From sequence record MN445183.1: a DNA stretch of 64,000 bases; one strand, 5' to 3'. Made by a program: the position numbers and the translations under genes. Shown here piece by piece: positions 18,383 through 27,339 of this stretch. The notes under the pieces were generated by a model. That model saw only the letters and a list, made by a program, of their open reading frames with translations, had not been told where the DNA came from and did no database searches. Within the stretch, counting starts at the first letter, position 1; every line of letters begins with the position of its first letter.

Positions 18383-19003
18383 ATGAGCGAATCACATAAC
18401 CTTAACTATGAACGTGGTCAGCGTGGCGAGGCCATCTGTGCTAAGATGATGGCAAATCTCCCTAACCCACAAATTCAGGAAAGCGAGTTCCGTGCAACCT
18501 TCCTACCGATGTTCGTTGGTGGCGGAGAGTTTATGAACATGGATGCGTGGCGTGCGGTAGCGGGCACGTTACAAAATGAAGTGGATGTCTTTAACGGCGA
18601 CACTTACGTTTTCACGGTTCCACCGGTACAGCTTGACGTGATCTCAACGATCTCCGTGCGCGGTCCTAACGGAAGTATGTCGAATACCCTGAGCGGTGCA
18701 TTGATCAACGCCGCGGAAGATCCAGGCAGTATCGAAGCACACCAATTAGTGGCCAGTCAGATTGATCAGGCTTCTGAGATGGTGGCAAACAACCGTGAAG
18801 AACTCATGGCACGCTGGGAGAAAATCTTTGAGCGTTATGGTATTGATTATCGTGAAGTGCGCAAGCAAGTCGCGAAAGTTAAATACGGCATCGATGTAAA
18901 AGACGACATGACCAACCAATCATCTAAGAGAGGAAGCTCCGATTGGGGCCCAGAACAAGATGAGGGGTTTGAGTTCGATGATAACGGTTCCTTTATGTAC
19001 TAA
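18383..19003 (+). CDS. Conserved hypothetical protein (phiKZ gp64-like)
   Basis: 206 aa; FRATFLPMF and VFTVPP motifs; synteny. Confidence 0.6.
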   Translation: MSESHNLNYERGQRGEAICAKMMANLPNPQIQESEFRATFLPMFVGGGEFMNMDAWRAVAGTLQNEVDVFNGDTYVFTVPPVQLDVISTISVRGPNGSMSNTLSGALINAAEDPGSIEAHQLVASQIDQASEMVANNREELMARWEKIFERYGIDYREVRKQVAKVKYGIDVKDDMTNQSSKRGSSDWGPEQDEGFEFDDNGSFMY

Positions 19004-20123
19004 AACACCCAATCGAATTCGAATGATCCAAACCGGCGACATTCATTTAGTGCACGGACGCACGCCGACGTGGAACGTGATTCGTACCTTGAATTACATG
19101 TTCTATGAAAACGAATCATTGAAAGATGTCGATATTGTAGTAATAGCGGGTGATGTGTGGGAATCCATCACTACGCTCTCTAATACCGATGCCGAAATGT
19201 CACGTCAATGGATTCGCCGTTTTGTTGAAGACTGCGCAGCTAATGGGGTTATCTTACGCGTGCTCGAAGGCACGCCAGACCACGACCGGAAGCAGTCCAG
19301 TGAATTCGTACTCCATGAAACAACCTGTAATGTAAGACATATTACCGAACTGTGCGTGGAGTTTATTGAGTCGTTGGGTTTATGGTTCTTGTGGATTCCT
19401 GATGAGATTCGCATTAACCATGAAGAAATTTGGAAAGCAACTTGTGAGGTGATGGCTGCTGCGGGCCTGGAGAAAGTTCACTTTGCCATCGTGCACGGTG
19501 GCTTTGACTTCCACTTCCCACCGGAGTGGGGGATTCCAGCACACGATACCAAACGCTATAGCAGCTTGGTAGAGTACGCGGTGCTGTGTAACCACATCCA
19601 TAAGGCAGGTCATCGTGAAAAGGTTTGGGGGCCGGGGTCACCTGACCGTTTAGCTCACGGTGAAGAAGGTACCAAAGGGTATCACCGTATCACGGTGAAT
19701 ATCCCTAATAACAGTATGGAGCTGCAATGGATTGAAAACCCTTATGCGTGGACCTATCGCGCGATTAATGTGCGCGGGAAAACCTTAGAGGAGATCATTC
19801 CGTTAGCGCGTTCGGTTGCCGAGCCGCTGCATGCGGGTGCATGGGTACGACTGGACAATGGCGATCCAACAATCATGGCAGGTGCCTTGGTTACTTTGCG
19901 CCAAGAAATTGGTCATGTGCAATGGGAAATCAAGAACGAGAAGAAAACCAAGATTGTGGCTGATAAGGTCATGTACAAGCAAGAGCGTTACACTGGCGTG
20001 CAAGTCACACGTGACAACGCGCAGAGTGTGCTTGTCAGCTGGTTACAGCAAAAAGACCTGTTGAAACCAGCCCATGAACCCATGTTGTGTCGATTGATTG
20101 AAACAGCGAATCAGGAGCTGTAA
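18978..20123 (+). CDS. sbcD: SbcD/Mre11-family metallophosphoesterase nuclease
   Basis: GDIH, AGDVWE, LEGTPDHD, VHG, NHIH, PGSPDRL motifs. Confidence 0.88.
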   Translation: MITVPLCTKTPNRIRMIQTGDIHLVHGRTPTWNVIRTLNYMFYENESLKDVDIVVIAGDVWESITTLSNTDAEMSRQWIRRFVEDCAANGVILRVLEGTPDHDRKQSSEFVLHETTCNVRHITELCVEFIESLGLWFLWIPDEIRINHEEIWKATCEVMAAAGLEKVHFAIVHGGFDFHFPPEWGIPAHDTKRYSSLVEYAVLCNHIHKAGHREKVWGPGSPDRLAHGEEGTKGYHRITVNIPNNSMELQWIENPYAWTYRAINVRGKTLEEIIPLARSVAEPLHAGAWVRLDNGDPTIMAGALVTLRQEIGHVQWEIKNEKKTKIVADKVMYKQERYTGVQVTRDNAQSVLVSWLQQKDLLKPAHEPMLCRLIETANQEL

Positions 20124-20124
20124 T

Positions 20125-20925
20125 ATGGAACAACGAACGATCGGGATGTTGCCCATCTCGGTGGGTACGTCGTTGGCCTTTGAATCGTTGATTGCAACAC
20201 CAACCCAACAGATCGACAACCTGATGCTTAACGTAGGAACGATTTTTCGTAATGCATATCAGGCGTATGAAACGAAAGATCGTGACCGCTTAACGGTCGA
20301 TCAGCTGTATCAGGATGTCATCCAGGATCTGGGTGGTATTTACGAAGTGCTTAACCGTATCGGGAAAAACAAAAACCCGAACATGGTGGCGTATTACTGT
20401 AGCTACGCAGGTTTAGAGAAACGCTTTAAGCTGGCGAAGATATGGAAACCGGATACCCCGAAACAGTTGCATTATGCAGCGTTAGAGGATCAGGTATTAA
20501 AGCGCCTATTAAGCCAACTCCGCGGTCATATCCGTTTATGTGACCACACCATCCCCAATGGGATACGTAATACTTATGTGCTCACTCACCACATTGTAGA
20601 CCTGGTGGTGCCGAAAGGATACGGCGAAATCACCCTGATCGAATCTCACACAGCGGCGCTGAAAGAGAAAGACCAGTGGTATACGAAGTTAACAGGAAGT
20701 AGTAAATTTGTACGTATTCCCTTTAATCCTTTGACGTTACAAGTCTTTGGTGATAATTCGACCAATTTTAAAGTTAACGACTTTAAGTATAAAGTTGCAA
20801 TACATGCGTTATCGGAGCAGTATAAATGGACTCCGATGACAACGGTAGAGCGAGTTAAATTAGGAATCGCAAGCGTGGCAGACGAATCGCTGCGTGAAAG
20901 CCTATCACTCATGCTTAACGCATAA
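20125..20925 (+). CDS. Conserved protein (phiKZ gp66-like; possible 5'-nuclease-like fold)
   Basis: LPISVGTSLAFE, LIESHT and IPFNPLTLQVFGD motifs; synteny. Confidence 0.6.
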   Translation: MEQRTIGMLPISVGTSLAFESLIATPTQQIDNLMLNVGTIFRNAYQAYETKDRDRLTVDQLYQDVIQDLGGIYEVLNRIGKNKNPNMVAYYCSYAGLEKRFKLAKIWKPDTPKQLHYAALEDQVLKRLLSQLRGHIRLCDHTIPNGIRNTYVLTHHIVDLVVPKGYGEITLIESHTAALKEKDQWYTKLTGSSKFVRIPFNPLTLQVFGDNSTNFKVNDFKYKVAIHALSEQYKWTPMTTVERVKLGIASVADESLRESLSLMLNA

Positions 20926-20954
20926 GCACAAGAAACAATAACAGGAGTTTTACA

Positions 20955-21692
20955 ATGGCACGTCCCCAGTTCACCCCACGCGAAAAGTCCTACCTGAACG
21001 ACTGGAATATGGGTATGAAAGGCCCTCAGCAGAACGGTGCCCAGCATCCGTCTGAATTTAAAATGGTCATGGCCGGTAATCATGTCGCTATCCAGATCGA
21101 AACCAAACTGCGCGACGCCAAGAACTATGGCCGCTTTGAAGTAAAAGTACCGTACATGTCAGCCATCGGTGTGTTGGTTACCATTGACCGCCTGCTGCGT
21201 GATCCGTCCAAAGCGAAGCTGTCGTACACCATGAAAGACTTCATCTTCTTCGGACCGGGCAAACGTTCTGACAACCCGATGGAGAAAGGTAAGCTGACTG
21301 TGGGTCGTGATACCGACGGCACTATCTACATGGGTCTGTCTGGTAAAGACATCACCCCAATCAAATTCCCGTTCGTGCCGGCGATGTACGATGAGTGGGT
21401 TGATGAAAACGGCGCTCGCGTAGACAACGCACTTCAGTCAGAACTGGCTGCAACAGTGTTCTACGAAACCTATCGCGGCATGCTGCCAGTGATCGCAACC
21501 ATGTACTACAAAGAACCTGAGAAGAAAGAAGGTCAGGGCGGTGGTCAAGGTGGTAATGGCGGTGGTAATAACTACGGTGGTGGTAACCGTGGTGGTAATA
21601 GCGGTGGCCAAGGTGGCGGTAGCAATGGCGGTTGGGGTGGTAACTCTGGCGGCGGTAATAGCGGCGGATTTGATGAGTCAATACCTTTTTGA
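20955..21692 (+). CDS. chmC: ChmC-like nucleic-acid-binding protein (phiKZ gp67-like)
   Basis: Folded N-terminal domain plus G/N-rich disordered tail ending FDESIPF; upstream of the gp68 homolog. Confidence 0.7.
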   Translation: MARPQFTPREKSYLNDWNMGMKGPQQNGAQHPSEFKMVMAGNHVAIQIETKLRDAKNYGRFEVKVPYMSAIGVLVTIDRLLRDPSKAKLSYTMKDFIFFGPGKRSDNPMEKGKLTVGRDTDGTIYMGLSGKDITPIKFPFVPAMYDEWVDENGARVDNALQSELAATVFYETYRGMLPVIATMYYKEPEKKEGQGGGQGGNGGGNNYGGGNRGGNSGGQGGGSNGGWGGNSGGGNSGGFDESIPF

Positions 21693-21735
21693 TCTGATCC
21701 CGTCGTGATCTAACAATAATAGCAGTGGCAATTTG

Positions 21736-21762
21736 ACAGGAGGGCTTCGGTCCTCCTGTTAT
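21736..21762 (+). terminator. Terminator
   Basis: ACAGGAGGGC-TTCG-GTCCTCCTGT-TAT. Confidence 0.7.
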
Positions 21763-21782
21763 TACGATTAGGAGATGGGAAC

Positions 21783-22052
21783 ATGTTACCTCAGTTTCAA
21801 TGCATCAAAAAAGTACGGGCTGGTAAAATCGTAAAGATCACCAATACCGACAAAGGTGTTATCAAGCTGGACTTGTTTGTAGGTGAGGATAAACCTTACG
21901 TCGAACAAGAAGTGACCCCAGGTTTCATGGCACAACATCGCCCAGAGGTTGGTGGGTACTTCGTGAAGTACAGCAGCGGCTACGAATCTTACTCGCCGGG
22001 TAAAGAGTTTGATGAAGGGTATGTACAGTTGCCTTCTGTGGTGCCATTCTAA
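21783..22052 (+). CDS. Putative Acb4-like nucleotide-signal sponge (anti-defence)
   Basis: KKVRAGKI...HRPEVGGYFVKYSSGYESYSPGKEFDEGY resembles the GYxVxYxDGYxSWSPxxxFExxY family; AGGAG RBS. Confidence 0.5.
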   Translation: MLPQFQCIKKVRAGKIVKITNTDKGVIKLDLFVGEDKPYVEQEVTPGFMAQHRPEVGGYFVKYSSGYESYSPGKEFDEGYVQLPSVVPF

Positions 22053-22149
22053 GGATGCGTAAGCTATCAGGATTGTTACTGCAATTCAAACTCATTCGCG
22101 CTGACACTGAATCCGTATGACAATCCTTTTAGCTTTGCTTATATGTCAG

Positions 22150-22177
22150 AGCCAGGGGTAACCCCTGGCTTTTATGC
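22150..22177 (+). terminator. Terminator
   Basis: AGCCAGGGG-TAA-CCCCTGGCT then TTTATGC. Confidence 0.8.
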
Positions 22178-22268
22178 CCGTCATACCTGGGTCCTCTGTA
22201 TTTTCTGACATATTGCTTACACTCTATAAGTGACCGTATTAATGATAGAAACCAATAAATTTTAAGGC

Positions 22269-22284
22269 CTACATTACTAATGTG
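22269..22284 (+). promoter_or_regulatory. Promoter motif copy
   Basis: CTACATTACTAATGTG preceded by AAATTTT. Confidence 0.7.
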
Positions 22285-22309
22285 TGTAGTGTAAATAAGG
22301 ACCCGTACG

Positions 22310-23848
22310 ATGCATCTTAGTTACTCCAGCAAACCTTCGACTACGGATATCTATCTGGCGAACATCTTTGTTAACCATAATGGTGAAGTCATTACGTTTA
22401 ACCAGGACTCGTTCTTTAAGTCGGCACAAAAAGACCATCAAGGGACGTTCGATGAACTCAACGGTTACATTGCGGCGTATTTGAACCAAGCGCAACAAGA
22501 CCAGATGTTCAGCGTCTATAAGCGTATCCGTTATATTCTGGATACGGAACAGCCAACACCCAAAGTGTTGTTGCCGTTATTACAACCGTTGGTGGCGGAA
22601 TTGTACAGCCTGGTGAACATCAACGATGTGAACCTGTATATGTACAACAACAATCTGACACACATTCCGGCGGTCATTCCGGATGTGGTTTCACAAACGA
22701 AGGAGTACTCAAACAAAACAACGTACGTGAAATCAGATTACGTTAGGCTGGTCAACTTGGCTGTGCTGTTACACTTAATGGCACCGGTAATTGCTGACTA
22801 CGTTAATGCCGTAGGTGAAGTCACTGGTAAGCTGTTTAAGGAATCCGCAGCTCTGGCGTTGTTTAACTATGCAAACATCATGCATAGTGAAGAGATGCGC
22901 AAGGTAAAGGACTATGTCGAAGCGCATTGTGATAAAAAGCCGGTACCGTTATCAGCAACGTTAGGTGGGTTATCAGAAGAGAACTTCCCAAGCTGGATGT
23001 TGGCAAACGTGATCGCACGTCGGCTGTGCATTAACCACGTTCGTCGTGGTGATGACAGCGGACATCTGGTAGCACAGATTTACATGCACATTCAGTTCAA
23101 CATCAAACTTGATGGTAAGTTTGGTGGCGGAGTAATGGCGAAGAATGGCCGTCATATGGCTGGCGATGACGAACAAGAAAAACCCGTTATCGAAAGCTAC
23201 AAGACCAAACAGGAAATCTACGAAACAGATATCCAGATTTGTGAAGACGGTTATGCGGATGCCTGGTTCGCAGCGCAGTTCTGTGACCCAACGTTACCGC
23301 GTGAAACGTTTGACATGTGTTTGAAGGCCATACCTAAACACTGGAACTTTGAACTGTCCGACCATGCATTGATGTTGATGCAGTGGGTTAATGCGAAGTT
23401 CACCACACCGAAGGCCATTGAGTATTTTGGTTATTCAGTGGATATGGTGGTGTTGGCAATTACGCAGGCAGTGTTGTGGCACAAGGGATTCCCGCAGTTA
23501 GCAGCCATTGCGGGTACGTATCCGGCGGAAGTGATGAATGACGAATTACCGGTTCCTCAGCTTCCATTACCACAGAACACCAAAGCGGAACTGGAAAAGA
23601 TGTACAATATCCAGTTGGATAAACGTCAAAGTACAAACGATGGCTTAGTGCATCGGACGATTGAGATGTTTACCCGTTCTGTGATGGTCGGAACGTATAA
23701 AGTAGTTGGTCCTGACCAACTCCTGGCTGAATCAGGTGTCGTTGACTTCGAACGATTCCTGGCAATTCCAAACACCTTAAACTTCTTGATTGCGGATTTG
23801 ATTCGTCATGTCGCACAAGAAGGTCAAATTGCAGTAGCATCTAATTAA
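22310..23848 (+). CDS. nvRNAP sigma-like specificity subunit (phiKZ gp68-like)
   Basis: 512 aa; HIPAVIPD and TTYVKSDY motifs; synteny between ChmC and PicA. Confidence 0.7.
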   Translation: MHLSYSSKPSTTDIYLANIFVNHNGEVITFNQDSFFKSAQKDHQGTFDELNGYIAAYLNQAQQDQMFSVYKRIRYILDTEQPTPKVLLPLLQPLVAELYSLVNINDVNLYMYNNNLTHIPAVIPDVVSQTKEYSNKTTYVKSDYVRLVNLAVLLHLMAPVIADYVNAVGEVTGKLFKESAALALFNYANIMHSEEMRKVKDYVEAHCDKKPVPLSATLGGLSEENFPSWMLANVIARRLCINHVRRGDDSGHLVAQIYMHIQFNIKLDGKFGGGVMAKNGRHMAGDDEQEKPVIESYKTKQEIYETDIQICEDGYADAWFAAQFCDPTLPRETFDMCLKAIPKHWNFELSDHALMLMQWVNAKFTTPKAIEYFGYSVDMVVLAITQAVLWHKGFPQLAAIAGTYPAEVMNDELPVPQLPLPQNTKAELEKMYNIQLDKRQSTNDGLVHRTIEMFTRSVMVGTYKVVGPDQLLAESGVVDFERFLAIPNTLNFLIADLIRHVAQEGQIAVASN

Positions 23849-23869
23849 CTTGTAAGGGGAGCGTAAAAA

Positions 23870-25372
23870 ATGGGCATTGGTACTATGAACGGTGGTTACG
23901 TTGAGAAAGGCCTGATGTGTCGTACGGCACAATATCATGGACAATACCGTCGACCACTCCATGCCAACTTCGGTCAAAACGTGAATGCGTTGGCCGAGAT
24001 CACCATGGGTGGGGATTTCAGTAAAGAACGCCTGGCTCCAATCGCAGCAACATCTTTAACCATGTCAACCCAGATTGAGGGCGATGCGGATATCATCGGT
24101 GGTTGGGGTAATGAGCGTTGCTTGTTCGCACTGAAGATCGTCCACCAGACTAACGAAGCGGGTACCATGCGTTTGGTTCAGTACCTTCAGGGTTACACTG
24201 ACCACATGGGTATCCATACCGGTCATAACGGTATCATTGGCGGTTCAACAAACAACATGCCGATCGATCCGAACATGCGTCTGTTCTTTAACAGTAGCCT
24301 GATCTTCCAGGAACTGACCACATTAAACGGTTACGGCCAACCGGTCACAACGGTAACTCCGTTAGAAGCCAGCCAACTGCTAACCGGTAATCCGGGCTCA
24401 ATGTACGGTAACTCCACGTACACCATGCGTCCGGAAGATGTGTACAGCATGATCCACTCGCAAGAACTCGTTGGTTCGGTGCAGCGTTATCACAATAGCG
24501 CAAACCAGCAAGGTGTTGCGGTGAACATGCAGGACAGTCGTGTGATGTTCCAGCCAGGCCAGCCGTTGAAGAAATCTTCACGCTCTAACCTGATTCCGTC
24601 GAATTACCTGTCCAAAGTGTTGTCCAGTCCGGCAAGCATTGTCCAGGCTTACGCCGGTGAAATGCAAACCAACCAGGAAGTGGCCAACAAGATCTCATCC
24701 CACCTGAATGAAGGTTACATCACTAACGATCAAACGTTAGCCATGATGCTGGAACGCACGGGCTTATCTGAAAACCGTTCGATTACGTATTTCGAACTGT
24801 GCCAGTTGTTCCCGAACGCTGATCAGGCTATCGTTCGTATGGGTGTGGAATCCCAAAAGGTTCAGGGTGCCAGTGGCATGCAGAGCGAATACATGAACGG
24901 CGCAAGCTGGGAATTGATCGTCGCTCAGATGCTGCAAAACGTGACCTCTGCACTGATGATGGAAACGTCCATGTCCAACATCATGTTTGGCGGCGATAAC
25001 TACGCAACAGCAGATATCGCTGCCGGGATGTTGGGTGGGCATTTCAAACTCAACATGCTGGGTGGTCGTTCGTTTATTGATGGTCGTCCGGTTGAAATCT
25101 CATGTGAACAAGTGCGTCAGCGTTTGATCACTGAATTCTTAACCGGGTTCACCGGTCACAACTACGTGCCAATCGGCTTCATGGTTAAGTTGGACCTGTA
25201 CGGCGAATGTGTTATTGACATTACCTACAACGGTCAACCAACCGTTCGCTTCGTTACCCCAATGTTTGGTGACTCGTTGTTCTCCCCAGTGCTGACAAAT
25301 AACCGTGCTACGCTTGCTAGCCTGTCCGCTGAAACGCGCACCATGACTCACAACCTGCTCAACGTACTGTAA
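23870..25372 (+). CDS. picA: Nuclear import factor PicA/Imp1 (phiKZ gp69-like)
   Basis: 500 aa; QYRRP, GGWGNERC, YLQGYTD, RPEDV and FGDSLFSP motifs; synteny. Confidence 0.7.
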   Translation: MGIGTMNGGYVEKGLMCRTAQYHGQYRRPLHANFGQNVNALAEITMGGDFSKERLAPIAATSLTMSTQIEGDADIIGGWGNERCLFALKIVHQTNEAGTMRLVQYLQGYTDHMGIHTGHNGIIGGSTNNMPIDPNMRLFFNSSLIFQELTTLNGYGQPVTTVTPLEASQLLTGNPGSMYGNSTYTMRPEDVYSMIHSQELVGSVQRYHNSANQQGVAVNMQDSRVMFQPGQPLKKSSRSNLIPSNYLSKVLSSPASIVQAYAGEMQTNQEVANKISSHLNEGYITNDQTLAMMLERTGLSENRSITYFELCQLFPNADQAIVRMGVESQKVQGASGMQSEYMNGASWELIVAQMLQNVTSALMMETSMSNIMFGGDNYATADIAAGMLGGHFKLNMLGGRSFIDGRPVEISCEQVRQRLITEFLTGFTGHNYVPIGFMVKLDLYGECVIDITYNGQPTVRFVTPMFGDSLFSPVLTNNRATLASLSAETRTMTHNLLNVL

Positions 25373-25381
25373 GGAACCATT

Positions 25382-26860
25382 ATGGAATTGTTAACCCATT
25401 ACAAAAGTTTCATCGAATCCGTCCCTGGTAATCAGGTCGCTGCTAACGGTCACCTGATGCGTGAAACCAGCGAAGGTCTGAAACCGATCGTTTGGGAAGG
25501 TAAAGAGGTTGTCCTGCCAACGGCTGAATTCCTGGCTAATCCAGATTGGAACAAATACATGGCATTCCACCCGATGTGCGAATCTATTGCACGCGGCGAA
25601 TCCGACATCATTCAGCTGGCACAAACCTTTGTCCGCATTTCGCTGTGGGATAACTACATCGACGTTGCGCGTGCGCTGTTGCACATTGCCGCGGACCAAA
25701 CGCTGCAAACCAAACTGACTCCGGCGCAGCAGAAGCTGCTGGCAGCAATCTCTGATGCTGACGGCACTACGCTGGAAAACTTCGGTAAGATCATTGCTAA
25801 GTCTCGCCATGATTATTCCGAAGGGCACGATCGTCGTTTGATTGCGGTCTTCCTGCGTCGTGGTGGTTCTCAGGACGGTCAGCATTACTCGCGTATGTTC
25901 GTAGTGCGTTTCCCAATGTACAATGAACTGTGCAAAGCGGAAGAAGCGAAAGATGCCAAAGAACGTAAGGTGTTTGACGTACAGTTACGTGCGAAAGACA
26001 TTCCGGTTCTGAAAGCACTGCACGAAACGATCTTCCCGGGTGATGAGTCGGCGTACACCATCGGTACCAACTCCAATCTGGCTCCGTACTACACTGCATT
26101 GCTGACCGGGTATGCAAACATGGCACGTCAGCTGAATGCCATTGTTAAACCGTTCATGAAATCAGTGAAAACGCTGAAGCAGATCGATCTGAGCTGGGAC
26201 GAAGGCGACAACCTGTCTGTGTTCCGTAATGCGATTCCGGCATTACCGCATAACGAAGGTAATGATCCGGTAGCTGATCCGAACGCAGCCGCTCAACCGC
26301 AGCAGCCGGTGATGGCGCAGCCGACAGCACCAGCGCCAGTGCAGCAACCAACTACGTTGGCTGATTACACCAAACCAGTGGCAACCATCTCTACCCCGGC
26401 ACAACAGCCACAACAGCCTACCCAGCAACCGGCCACCATCGGTACGTCTAAAGTGCAGCCGAATAATAACAATACGGTTTCCTGGCAGGACCTGAGCAAA
26501 ACTCAGCAGCCACAGCAACCGTACGGTTATCCTCAGCAGCCTTACGGCTACCCGCAGATGATGCAGCCACAAATGATGCCACAACCCATGATGCAGCAGC
26601 AGCCGATGATGATGCCTCAACAGCAATATCAACCGGCGTACATGCCAATCATGGCGAACGGCATGCCACAACCACCAATGCCGCCGGTGACACAACCAGC
26701 ACAACAGCCGCAGCAGATGCAGTACATGCCGCAACCCATGGTGCAGCCACAAATGCAGTATATGCAGCAGCCTATGATGCAGCAGCCTATGATGATGCAG
26801 CCTGGCATGATGCAGCCGTATCAGCAGCAGCCGCAGTTCCAGTTTGTCCAGGGTCGTTAA
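25382..26860 (+). CDS. Conserved core protein with Q/P/M-rich disordered C-terminus (phiKZ gp70-like)
   Basis: FHPMCESIARGES motif; low-complexity tail from about 26280. Confidence 0.7.
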   Translation: MELLTHYKSFIESVPGNQVAANGHLMRETSEGLKPIVWEGKEVVLPTAEFLANPDWNKYMAFHPMCESIARGESDIIQLAQTFVRISLWDNYIDVARALLHIAADQTLQTKLTPAQQKLLAAISDADGTTLENFGKIIAKSRHDYSEGHDRRLIAVFLRRGGSQDGQHYSRMFVVRFPMYNELCKAEEAKDAKERKVFDVQLRAKDIPVLKALHETIFPGDESAYTIGTNSNLAPYYTALLTGYANMARQLNAIVKPFMKSVKTLKQIDLSWDEGDNLSVFRNAIPALPHNEGNDPVADPNAAAQPQQPVMAQPTAPAPVQQPTTLADYTKPVATISTPAQQPQQPTQQPATIGTSKVQPNNNNTVSWQDLSKTQQPQQPYGYPQQPYGYPQMMQPQMMPQPMMQQQPMMMPQQQYQPAYMPIMANGMPQPPMPPVTQPAQQPQQMQYMPQPMVQPQMQYMQQPMMQQPMMMQPGMMQPYQQQPQFQFVQGR

Positions 26861-26867
26861 TTAGCCC

Positions 26868-26912
26868 GGCATAAATAAGAGACGGTGTGGGGAAACCCAC
26901 ACCTGTCCCTTT
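26868..26912. terminator. Bidirectional hairpin between convergent genes
   Basis: GCATAA...GAC-GGTGTGGG-GAAA-CCCACACC-T-GTC then T-rich tract. Confidence 0.75.
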
Positions 26913-27266
26913 TCATTTTTTGTTTGTGTAATGCAGCGTGATCAGACCCTTTAACACACTGTCTGAATCATCGATAACCAACATACCTTCTTTCATTAAG
27001 TTCCAGCGCATTGGATCCGTAATCCCGTTGATCCGCATGATTAACCAGTGCAGGTACTTAGGGGTGCCAAATTCGTTTAAGAGCATACGAAAATCACCAC
27101 GGTCGTTATCCTGATCTAACAAGGATGGCGCTTTATCGCCTGTAACCAATACAGCGCGCTGGCGGAGGATAGGTAGGTGCTTTTCTAACTTAGAACGAAA
27201 TTCAGGATCATTAAACAATTCGTTGCTAGCAAACTCAATATTCGCTCTTGCGGTGATTGTCATCAC
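26913..27266 (-). CDS. Conserved small protein, possibly LysM/T4 gp53-like baseplate component
   Basis: LHWLIMRINGITDP motif; GGAG RBS. Confidence 0.5.
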   Translation of the reverse strand: MMTITARANIEFASNELFNDPEFRSKLEKHLPILRQRAVLVTGDKAPSLLDQDNDRGDFRMLLNEFGTPKYLHWLIMRINGITDPMRWNLMKEGMLVIDDSDSVLKGLITLHYTNKK

Positions 27267-27288
27267 ATTGCTCCATAATAGCTTAAGC

Positions 27289-27304
27289 CTATATCATCTA
27301 AGTG
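27289..27304 (+). promoter_or_regulatory. Promoter motif variant
   Basis: CTATATCATCTAAGTG upstream of nvRNAP beta. Confidence 0.45.
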
Positions 27305-27339
27305 GAGTGACAAAACTCGTTTGTAAAGGATAAACCAGT

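Noticed and set aside
21540-21670. GGT/AAT repeats, and the CAG repeats at 26280-26860, as CRISPR or DNA tandem arrays
   Set aside because: These are codon-level low-complexity protein sequence with no repeat-spacer structure.
26243-26752. His/Leu/Trp-rich minus-strand ORF
   Set aside because: Antisense translation of the CAG/CCG/ATG repeats of the Q/P/M tail.
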